64,000 bases of DNA from Clostridia bacterium DTU065 (GCA_001512545.1 LFSI01000083.1:6759-70758), one strand, 5' to 3'. Counted from the first letter of the stretch, positions 9,401 through 16,591 are shown. Made by a program: numbers and translations. Notes: a model not told the origin generated them from the sequence alone.

Positions 9401-11195
9401 CCGAGGAGGATGTCCTCGAAAAACTCGCTCCGCTTCTCAAACAGAAACATAACGGCGTCCTGATCAGAGGTTGTGAGATGCTGAGTATTTCAGGTGAGAC
9501 AGCACCGGGAAATGGCCGCGATTTTGAGTTTGGGGGATATGCCGTAAAGCTAGAGCCCGACCTCAAGATCCTCCCTGCAAAATCCAGCATTGAAGCCTTT
9601 AAGAGGGATATCAAGAACCTAACAACCAGAAGCAGAGTAGGTTACAGCGTTCGTTTTAGCGCGGTAGAGATCACAAGGAGAATCAGACAGTGGCACGAGA
9701 GCTTTGGTTTTTGCACAGATCGCAAGCTTGGCAGGTATTTGGACAGCTATGTCAGAGAGAGGGTTTACCTCTTGCTTTTGAAAAAGTTTGACAAAGCTGG
9801 CAAGAAAGAAGTCTACCAGCGCTTTATGCTGGGTTATCCAACGCTTGAAGGAGTTACCATTCCTTCAACGCGTCCGGTCGGAGAGCCGTATGCGGGGAAA
9901 CCCGCACGTACGGTTCGGGGAGCGGGAGGCTGATCCCGACTCCACACAACACCAGGCGGAAGAGCACTTAAATTCGTGCGCCCGTAAAAATAGCTGTTGC
10001 GCTATTTGCGGCGTGCTGCAGAATGCTGCAGGAGCAGTCAAGAGACGCCATCCTCTTGTGGACACCAAGCTTACCTGGAAGGGAAACCGGAAGGGGACAA
10101 CAGCATGCTTGGCAAGGCAGGTATCGAGGTTATTCTTCGAGTGCATGCCCTGTCCAGAGATGTACTTTATACGGTCAAGGCTAGACTGCCTGAAACCCAG
10201 GTCGGAGGCCTAAAGTGGGGCTCACACCTTTTGGTGTGATGGAATCACGACGATGTCTTGGAATTTGACATCGGGCTAGATGGTGGGATTCCTCTCGGCT
10301 CGAAAGAGCAAAAGACCGAACGGGTGACCTAAGTAAGGTACGAAAACGTCTGTAGTGCGCTAAACGGGGATTGCCTAAGTCCGAACGCTTAAGTCGCTGG
10401 CTCAAGCTATGGTTTTAGGACCTGAATATCGGATATGGCAACGGAGTTCCCGTAGTAGTCCGAGGCGGTAGGACGGCAAACCGTCCGAACAAGGCATCAT
10501 GCCTCTAGGGAAAGCCCGCCACATGGCGAAGGGGAACAGATTGTCGCATTTCCATAGCATCGGGGTAGGTTAAGTACCTGTCGAGCTCCGAATGATCTGG
10601 AAATGTACAGCTAAAGCGCTGTGTACATCAGCACACAAGTGCTGGACTGATACCCTTTTTACTTAGCAGCTGGACTGTGCTTTAGCCTAGGTTGGACAAT
10701 CGGAGAGCCGTATACATCGAAAGGTGTACGTACGGTTCGGGGGAGGGAAGGAGCAAACCTATTGGGGCAACTCAAAAAGGCGGCTTTTTCCTATCCTACT
10801 ACTCGTCAGTACGCTTGGATATTAGAAGAATTGACTCCATTAAGTCCGGTAATGAAATCATCGGCAACCGCACGAGAGTGAAGGTTGTAAAGAACAAGGT
10901 AGCTCCACCGTTTTTGGTGGCAGAGTTTGATATCATCTACGGAACGGGTATATCTAAGGAAGGCTGCATCTTGGATGTGGCGTCCGATCTGGGAATCGTT
11001 TCCAAGAGCGGCTCGTGGTTTTCCTACGGCGATATGAGACTCGGTCAGGGCAGGGAGAATGCCAAAGAATTTTTGCGGCAGAACCAAGAATTATGCAACG
11101 AGATCGAGAGCAAAGTAAGAGAGAAGGCTTCGCTTCCAGGATACCACGCTCCAGCAGAAGATGATGATGGGGGAAAGGATTATCTAGATGAATGA
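6483..11195 (+). CDS. recA: recombinase RecA, split gene: join(6483..6780,7567..7647,8360..8607,9946..9975,10800..11195)
   Basis: The joined exons are 1053 nt, giving 350 aa plus a stop, in frame across all junctions. Walker [10 protein letters not shown]. Junction contexts are AFIDAEH|[27 protein letters not shown]|[15 protein letters not shown]...VMFGNPE|[10 protein letters not shown]|[15 protein letters not shown], colinear with bacterial RecA. recX overlaps the stop. Confidence 0.9.
6781..7566 (+). mobile_element. group II intron 1 (ORF-less, 786 nt)
   Basis: 5' gtacg. EBS1 candidate cgtgttt (7127-7133) in a hairpin loop pairs with the exon-1 end gaacacg. gtagtag (7349-7355) and gcgaagggg (7416-7424) core motifs. 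D5 acgccgcatgcggggaaactcgcacgtgcggtgt (7461-7494, CGC triad, GAAA loop, 2-nt bulge). 3' end is ttacctatcactat. Confidence 0.85.
7648..8359 (+). mobile_element. group II intron 2 (ORF-less, 712 nt), paralogue of intron 1
   Basis: 5' gtgcg. EBS1 candidate cttgttt (7974-7980) pairs with the exon-2 end gaacaag. gcgaagggg (8204-8212). D5 at 8278-8311 differs from intron 1 only by a shifted wobble pair. Identical 3' end ttacctatcactat. Confidence 0.85.
8608..9945 (+). mobile_element. group II intron 3 (1338 nt, carries degenerate IEP ORF)
   Basis: 5' gtgcg. EBS1 candidate ctccgg (8800-8805) in the loop of the agatc/gatct hairpin pairs with the exon-3 end ccggag. gtagtag (8928-8934) and gcgaaggg (8944-8951). 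D5 gagccgtatgcggggaaacccgcacgtacggttc (9883-9916, AGC triad). D6 ggag-cggga-loop-tcccg-A-ctcc with bulged A at 9939. Ends ...ac. Confidence 0.9.
8992..9933 (+). CDS. group II intron-encoded protein, degenerate RT (no YADD) with retained maturase/X domain
   Basis: GTG start with an aaggagg SD. The maturase-like block is [17 protein letters not shown]...[15 protein letters not shown]...[19 protein letters not shown] remnants are TYRPLGG and [29 protein letters not shown] sits where YADD is expected. There is no En/D domain. The C-terminus [17 protein letters not shown] is D5 read as protein. Confidence 0.75.
   Translation: MTLRKQEWRSLADAGRLYETMASFEFLQKCAKALKINEKTAATLSEALQQRTYRPLGGNEVDTLLLKCVLDALSALIKEDSGLDLYRTLRTLDLATVQIQVEKLDFACLKKELFKLLKEAVPDEEFVDLVWKGAKIAEEDVLEKLAPLLKQKHNGVLIRGCEMLSISGETAPGNGRDFEFGGYAVKLEPDLKILPAKSSIEAFKRDIKNLTTRSRVGYSVRFSAVEITRRIRQWHESFGFCTDRKLGRYLDSYVRERVYLLLLKKFDKAGKKEVYQRFMLGYPTLEGVTIPSTRPVGEPYAGKPARTVRGAGG
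9976..10799 (+). mobile_element. group II intron 4 (ORF-less, 824 nt), paralogue of intron 3
   Basis: 5' gtgcg. EBS1 candidate gaattt (10261-10266) in the loop of the cgatgtc/gacatcg hairpin pairs with the exon-4 end aaattc. gtagtag (10452-10458) and gcgaagggg (10526-10534). Short D4 remnant closed by attgtc/gacaat. D5 gagccgtatacatcgaaaggtgtacgtacggttc (10705-10738). Ends cctatcctac. Confidence 0.85.
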
Positions 11196-11658
11196 TGCCC
11201 TGGCGCTAGCACAAAAGAAAATAGCGCGCCTCATTGCAAGGCGCTACTACAGCGAGTACGAGTTACGGATGAAGCTGAAGGAGTTCTCAAGTGAAGTCCA
11301 GGAAGAAGCAGTAGCGTGGGCAAAAGAGCAGGGCTTCATTGATGATTTGAGGTTCTGTAGGGCGTTTGTTCACGACGCACTGCTTCTCAACCCCCAAGGA
11401 AAAAGATTATTGACCAGAAACCTGGCCAAAAAAGGTATTGAAGGCACAGTTATCGAACAAGTATTGCAAGAGGAGTATCCAACAGAGCTTGAAGTCGAGC
11501 TAGCCCAAAAGCTTGCCGAGAAGTACTCAAGGAGGCTGAAGGCTGGCGACGAAAGGAAGCACGCGAAGCTCTATGGCTATCTTCTAAGCCGGGGATTTCC
11601 TGAAAACATCGTTTACCTTGCGCTCAAGGAGGTAAACCTTGACACTCAAAAAGCTTAA
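11188..11658 (+). CDS. recX: recombination regulator RecX
   Basis: 156 aa. The ATG overlaps the recA stop by 8 nt. Helical-repeat pattern and position immediately after recA. Confidence 0.75.
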   Translation: MNDALALAQKKIARLIARRYYSEYELRMKLKEFSSEVQEEAVAWAKEQGFIDDLRFCRAFVHDALLLNPQGKRLLTRNLAKKGIEGTVIEQVLQEEYPTELEVELAQKLAEKYSRRLKAGDERKHAKLYGYLLSRGFPENIVYLALKEVNLDTQKA

Positions 11659-11762
11659 GGAATATAATAATATTTGGCTATCTTTGATTAAAAACTGAAG
11701 ATGGACAGGTGTGTCAAGTAATGAACGGATAAAGAAACCCAAGGAAAGGTCCCCGGAGGGGG

Positions 11763-13313
11763 GTGAAAACTGGATATATGTTACTGATTGTAGTTACAGC
11801 GATTATTGCTCTTCTACTGGGCGCCGTCTTAGGTTACTTCATTAGAAAAGCAACGGCAGAGGCAAAGATCAAATCAGCCGAGGAAGAAGCCGTTCGCATA
11901 GTTGAAGAAGCTAAGAGGACAGCTGAGAACAAAAAACGTGAAGCTCTGATCGAAGCAAAGGAAGAAGCTCAGAAGCACAAAGCTGAGATCGACCGCGAGA
12001 TCAGGGAAAGACGCCTAGAGATTCAGCATACCGAAAGACGTCTTCTACAGAGAGAAGAAGTCTTAGATAGACGTACTGATAATTTAGAGCGTAAAGAAGA
12101 AGCTGTAGCCCGCAAGGAGGCGGAACTGAAGAGACAAAAGGCCGAGCTCCAAGAGCTCTATGACAGGCAGATTCAAGAGTTGGAAAGACTGGCTAATCTC
12201 ACCAGCGATGAAGCCAGAGAATTGCTCCTCAATCAGGTTCGCGAAGAAGTCGAAGGCGATATGGCCCGCATTATTCGCGAAGCTGAGGAAAGAGCTAAAG
12301 AAGAGAGCGAAAAGAAAGCTCGAGAGATTGTTGCCACAGCCATTCAGCGCTGTGCAGCGGATCACGTGGCCGAGACAACTGTTTCGGTGGTTGCTCTGCC
12401 CAACGACGAGATGAAAGGCCGCATCATCGGACGCGAAGGTCGCAACATCAGGGCACTGGAGTCGCTCACAGGTATCAACCTGATCATCGACGATACTCCA
12501 GAGGCTGTGATTCTGTCTGGATTCGATCCCATCAGGAGGGAGATTGCCCGTCTTGCTCTGGAGAAGCTGATTCAAGATGGACGAATCCATCCTGCCCGCA
12601 TCGAGGAAATGGTAGAGAAGTCGCGGAAGGAAATCGAAAGCGTCATCCGCGAGCAGGGTGATCAGGCAACCTTTGAAGTTGGCGTTCACGGCTTGCATCC
12701 CGAGCTGGTGAAGTATATTGGAAGGCTCTACTATAGAACCAGCTATGGACAGAATGTCCTGAAGCATTCTATAGAGGTTGCTCATTTAGCAGGCCTAATG
12801 GCCGCCGAACTGGGCGTAGATGTCAATGTAGCGAAGAGAGCCGGACTCCTGCACGATATTGGTAAGGCTGCCGATCAGGATGCTGAAGGCACCCACCACC
12901 AGATCAGTGGCGATTTGGCCAAACGCTACAGAGAATCGCATGAAGTTGTTCACGCGATTTTGGCCCACCACGGTGATATCGAGTTCAAGACTGTTGAGGC
13001 AGTTTTGGTTGCAGCAGCAGATGCTATCAGCGCCGCAAGACCGGGCGCCAGAAGAGAGACACTTGAGTCATATATTAAGCGTCTAGAGAAGCTTGAAGAG
13101 ATAGCCGATGGTTTCGATGGTGTAGACAAATCCTATGCGATTCAAGCTGGACGCGAGATTAGAATCATCGTCAAACCCGAGCGGATCGACGATACCAAAA
13201 GCGTGCTGCTTGCTCGAGACATCTCTAAGAAAATCGAGAACGAGCTCGAATATCCAGGACAGATTAAAGTCACCGTTATTCGAGAAACACGCGCTGTTGA
13301 ATACGCGAAATAG
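11763..13313 (+). CDS. rny: ribonuclease Y
   Basis: N-terminal TM helix, long charged coiled coil, KH domain ([15 protein letters not shown]), HD domain (LLHDIGKA...HH). 516 aa. Confidence 0.95.
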   Translation: MKTGYMLLIVVTAIIALLLGAVLGYFIRKATAEAKIKSAEEEAVRIVEEAKRTAENKKREALIEAKEEAQKHKAEIDREIRERRLEIQHTERRLLQREEVLDRRTDNLERKEEAVARKEAELKRQKAELQELYDRQIQELERLANLTSDEARELLLNQVREEVEGDMARIIREAEERAKEESEKKAREIVATAIQRCAADHVAETTVSVVALPNDEMKGRIIGREGRNIRALESLTGINLIIDDTPEAVILSGFDPIRREIARLALEKLIQDGRIHPARIEEMVEKSRKEIESVIREQGDQATFEVGVHGLHPELVKYIGRLYYRTSYGQNVLKHSIEVAHLAGLMAAELGVDVNVAKRAGLLHDIGKAADQDAEGTHHQISGDLAKRYRESHEVVHAILAHHGDIEFKTVEAVLVAAADAISAARPGARRETLESYIKRLEKLEEIADGFDGVDKSYAIQAGREIRIIVKPERIDDTKSVLLARDISKKIENELEYPGQIKVTVIRETRAVEYAK

Positions 13314-13463
13314 GTTTAAGCGGAAGGGCATCCTTCCGCTTAATTTTCAATGTGGACAGCGGTACATAACTGGAAAAGTGCCTATACAAGATCAAGGTGT
13401 TTTTAGGTTATACTTTTAGCAGGTTTTAGGAAGATTTTTTATCTGCTGTTGGGAGGAAGTCAA

Positions 13464-14264
13464 TTGCGTGTTTTGATGGTCGGAGATATTGTAGGGCGTC
13501 CCGGACGCAAGGTGCTCGGTTACGTTCTACCTAAACTTATTAAAGATAAACAGCTGGATTTTGTCATAGTCAACGGAGAAAACTCGGCAGGAGGCTTTGG
13601 CATTACAGCGGAAACTTTTAAAGAGATTAAAAAAGCCGGCGCTGACGTAGTCACTAGCGGCAATCACATTTGGGATAAACGCGATGCAGAGGATCTTATC
13701 GATTCGGAGCCGAGGCTTCTGCGTCCTGCCAACTACCCACCGGGAGTAGGTGGGAGAGGGAGCATAGTTGTGGATGTAAGCGGAGTCAAAGTGGGCGTGA
13801 TCAATCTTGCAGGCAGAGTTTATATGGAAGCTCTGGACTGTCCGTTTCGCAAAGCTGAGGAGATTGTTCAGGAGATGCACCAAGCAGGCGTCAAGCTGAT
13901 CTTCGTAGACATGCACGCCGAGGCTACAAGCGAAAAAGAAGCGATGGGTTTTTACCTAGACGGGCGGGTCACTGCCGTTGTGGGAACCCACACCCACGTG
14001 CCGACGGGAGACGAGAGAGTTCTGGAAAATGGTACCGCGTACCAAACCGACTTGGGGATGACCGGCCCACGTGACGGAGTTTTGGGAGTGGACAAAGACA
14101 TTATCGTCGCGAAGTTCCTTGAAGGGACCCCTAAACGGTTTGAGGTTGCCAAAGGAGCTGTTTGGTTCTGCGGCCTGATCGTTGAGGCCGACGATGCCAC
14201 TGGAAAAGCGCTGGGTGTTGAGCGGGTGCGTATCGAGTTCGAAAAGGATAATCTTCCCTGGTAA
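13464..14264 (+). CDS. ymdB: YmdB-family metallophosphoesterase (2',3'-cyclic-nucleotide phosphodiesterase, TIGR00282)
   Basis: LRVLMVGDIVGRPGR, NGENSAGGFGIT, DMHAEATSEK, GTHTHVPT. TTG 13464 is preferred because gggagga lies 6 nt upstream; the ORF track starts at 13449. Confidence 0.9.
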   Translation: MRVLMVGDIVGRPGRKVLGYVLPKLIKDKQLDFVIVNGENSAGGFGITAETFKEIKKAGADVVTSGNHIWDKRDAEDLIDSEPRLLRPANYPPGVGGRGSIVVDVSGVKVGVINLAGRVYMEALDCPFRKAEEIVQEMHQAGVKLIFVDMHAEATSEKEAMGFYLDGRVTAVVGTHTHVPTGDERVLENGTAYQTDLGMTGPRDGVLGVDKDIIVAKFLEGTPKRFEVAKGAVWFCGLIVEADDATGKALGVERVRIEFEKDNLPW

Positions 14265-14364
14265 AGTAGAAGTTATTAAAATATTGAAATTTATCAACGT
14301 TCTAAAAGGATATTTCCTAATAACGGAAAATATAAGTAATAACAGGACATAGGGGGGCTTACAA

Positions 14365-14631
14365 GTGGCAGTAGAAATACTCAAAGTGTCTTCTAAATCT
14401 AACCCGAACGCAGTAGCCGGAGCCTTAGCTGGGGTACTGAGAGAAAAAGGGTCTGCCGAGATTCAAGCTGTTGGTGCTGGTGCTGTAAACCAGGCGATCA
14501 AAGCGATGATTATCTGCAGAGGCTTTGTAGCTCCAACCGGGATGGATTTAGTGTGCATTCCCGCATTTGCCGACATTGCAATTGATGGCGAAGAACGGAC
14601 AGCAATGAAATTGATTGTGGAGCCAAGATAA
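14365..14631 (+). CDS. spoVS: stage V sporulation protein S
   Basis: 88 aa. LKVSSKSNPNAVAGALAGVLREKG...IQAVGAGAVNQAIKA...IPAFADIAIDGEERTAMKLIVEPR is near-identical in pattern to SpoVS. Confidence 0.95.
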   Translation: MAVEILKVSSKSNPNAVAGALAGVLREKGSAEIQAVGAGAVNQAIKAMIICRGFVAPTGMDLVCIPAFADIAIDGEERTAMKLIVEPR

Positions 14632-14648
14632 GTTGAGGAACGGACGCC

Positions 14649-14678
14649 AAAGGGACAGGTAACCATGCCTGTCCCTTT
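14649..14678 (+). terminator. terminator-like hairpin after spoVS
   Basis: aaagggacagg-taaccatg-cctgtcccttt. Weak T tract. Confidence 0.5.
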
Positions 14679-15003
14679 GACATTTTAAAGACTGAGCCAA
14701 GAAAGAAGAACCTTGAGCCTTTGTCCGTAAAAAAGAGGGGCTGCAAACCGCTTCTTGCAAGTGCCGATGACCGCCCTTGTTAAGGATGCGTTTCAAGCAC
14801 CGGAACTGGAGAAGATAATCCAGCAGACGGATGTAGCTGCGTTGCACGCAAAAGCAGCGCATTTTTACTGCGGAGAACCCCTAGCTTTTTTGCAGATCGG
14901 GCACAAATTATGCAAAATCGCCGCAATAAATTAAGGAAATAACCAAAACACGGAGAATAGGTAGGTAGGAGGAAAAATCCCACAAGAAGGAGAGGTTCAA
15001 ACC

Positions 15004-15282
15004 ATGTCAAGAAACGGCAGATTAGAAGCTTCACTGGACAGAGGGGTTGTGCGCAGAGTAGACGGACTAGGTAGAGTAGTTATACCGAAAGAACTCAGAG
15101 ATCTGTTTAACATAAAAGAGGATACGCCCGTTACCCTTGCGGTAGTGGAAGATGGCTTGTACTTGAAAGTGGTTCAAGACACCTGCATCTTCTGCAGCAG
15201 TAAGGAGAATCTCTTCATCGAGTTCAAAGAAAAGAAGGTGTGCCGGGACTGCTACAACCAGCTTTGGGGCAGCGAGAAGTAG
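15004..15282 (+). CDS. AbrB/SpoVT-domain DNA-binding protein with C-terminal 4-Cys zinc-ribbon-like tail
   Basis: GRVVIPKELRDLFNIKEDTPVTL is the swapped-hairpin AbrB motif. The tail reads CIFCSS...CRDCYNQL. SD gaaggagagg. Confidence 0.7.
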   Translation: MSRNGRLEASLDRGVVRRVDGLGRVVIPKELRDLFNIKEDTPVTLAVVEDGLYLKVVQDTCIFCSSKENLFIEFKEKKVCRDCYNQLWGSEK

Positions 15283-15659
15283 TCCGGACTTGGATTCAAA
15301 TCAAAGAGGCAGAACACTCATTAGGCACGTCCTGTAAATACACTTGTGAGAAGCTTTTTACGCGACGCAGAGTGGATCTACTAAACTCCTTGCAGGTACC
15401 AAGAGGCTGCAGAAAGAAACCTCAGTGGGTATCTTTCAGCCCTTGCACAAGTGCATTTGCAGAGAGACCGACCGGAGATAGATCTTGCCGACTGAAACAG
15501 GCAAGAGGCGCATTTTCTGTCTGCTTTGCTAGATAGTTCTCGGCTTGCTGCAAAAAGCGCCGGTAGTGGCAGTTTCTTGCACCTGCGAAGCGATGCGTTT
15601 TCGGGCTAGTCTCCTGCAGAAGTTTGCAAAAGGTGGTGAACCCGGTTTAAACCGGTTCT

Positions 15660-16568
15660 ATGATTACAATTGACCTGCACTGCGATTTACTCTGGTACCT
15701 AAGCGAAAAGGGCATAGAAGCTTTTACCGAAGCTTCTGAGGCTCAGATCACCAAAGAAAGCTGGGAGAGGGGTGGTCCCGACCTTCTGGTCATGGCCATT
15801 TACGTAGACGAAAGGCACATCCCCCACCAAAAAGAGGCCCAAGCTCTGAAGATGGCAGGGATCTACTGGAACCTTGCCGCAACGGGCTGCTATACACCGG
15901 TGCTGCAGAGAAAAGACCTGGATATGCCCGGGAAGAAAGCCCTGCTCTCAATCGAAGGCGGAGCACCACTGGAGTCAGAAGAAGACCTCTACGCTTTCCG
16001 CGCTCTAGGAGTCAGGATGCTCTCTCTCTGCTGGAACTACCAGAACCATCTGGCAACAGGCTGCCTGGAACAGTACAGCGGAGGGCTTACATTGAAAGGC
16101 GAAACCCTGCTTAAAAAAGCGCAGGATCTGGGCATACTACTAGATGTGTCTCACCTTAGCGAGGGGAGCTTTTGGGACGCGGTTAAGGTCTCCAGACTAC
16201 CTCTTATCGCCAGCCATTCCAACAGCTACGCCCTTAAACCCCACCCGCGAAATCTCAAAGATGATGCCATCAAGGAGATCGCCAAATCGGGCGGGGTGAT
16301 CGGCGTGAACTTCTGTCCCGGTTTTCTGCAGAACCCAAGTGCCCCTGGGGTGGTAGAGCAGGTCGTCTACATGGCAGAGCTGGTGGGTCCCGAATACGTA
16401 GGGATCGGCTCCGATTTTCTGGGCATCGACAACACGGTCCAGGGCTTAGAGCATATCGGTAGATGGATGGATCTGGAGCACCTGCTCGAGAAAGCGGGTT
16501 TTGCCAAAGCGGAACGGGAAGGCATTTTGGGGGGTAACTTTAAAAGGGTTTTGTCAGAGGTTTTGTAA
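15660..16568 (+). CDS. membrane dipeptidase (peptidase M19)
   Basis: IDLHCDLL N-terminus, SIEGG, DVSHLS, ASHSN, IGSDF(L)G pattern of the renal-dipeptidase family. Confidence 0.85.
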   Translation: MITIDLHCDLLWYLSEKGIEAFTEASEAQITKESWERGGPDLLVMAIYVDERHIPHQKEAQALKMAGIYWNLAATGCYTPVLQRKDLDMPGKKALLSIEGGAPLESEEDLYAFRALGVRMLSLCWNYQNHLATGCLEQYSGGLTLKGETLLKKAQDLGILLDVSHLSEGSFWDAVKVSRLPLIASHSNSYALKPHPRNLKDDAIKEIAKSGGVIGVNFCPGFLQNPSAPGVVEQVVYMAELVGPEYVGIGSDFLGIDNTVQGLEHIGRWMDLEHLLEKAGFAKAEREGILGGNFKRVLSEVL

Positions 16569-16591
16569 CAGATCAGGTGAAGTACAAATAC

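Noticed and set aside
8992-9933. The RT-like ORF as part of a retron or a diversity-generating retroelement.
   Set aside because: No msr/msd-like structure and no TR/VR repeat pair were found. The ORF sits in domain IV of a recognisable group II intron and lacks the RT active site.
7461-10738. Four similar 34-nt palindromic repeats (7461, 8278, 9883, 10705) as a possible CRISPR-like or REP array.
   Set aside because: Their spacing is irregular (817, 1605 and 822 nt). The repeats are imperfect hairpins with a GAAA loop and a 2-nt bulge, which is classic group II intron domain V. No cas genes are present.
6781-10799. ORF-track ORFs inside the recA interruptions: the tail of 6483-6797, 7270-7578(-), the head of 8236-8634, 8273-8497, 8531-8725, 8715-8972(-), 9788-10213, 9865-10146(-), 9997-10239, 10181-10405(-), and the head of 10692-11195.
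   Set aside because: They have no RBS and a non-protein-like composition. Their recurring peptides ([34 protein letters not shown]) are simply domain V hairpins read as protein. They are translations of ribozyme RNA, not genes.
6483-11195. recA as a decayed pseudogene, or recA interrupted by inteins.
   Set aside because: The five pieces join in frame to a full-length RecA with all conserved blocks and no internal damage. The inserts have stops in the recA frame within 4-10 codons and carry RNA (D5/D6, GUGCG) signatures rather than protein (Hint) signatures, so inteins are excluded.
12084-12785. 233-aa minus-strand ORF inside rny. Similar long antisense ORFs occur at 25192-25875(-), 34791-35510(-), 45588-46190(-), 52610-53506(-) and 59466-60038(-).
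   Set aside because: Each is fully embedded antisense to a gene with strong family motifs. They have low-complexity or odd composition and no RBS. These are typical shadow ORFs.
15240-15536. 98-aa ORF in the abrB-like/dipeptidase intergenic region. Small ORFs at 41043-41234, 41228-41452 and 35802-36032(-)/35815-36000 are similar cases.
   Set aside because: They have no SD, Arg/Cys-rich or otherwise odd composition, and they span promoter or terminator elements. They are treated as non-coding.
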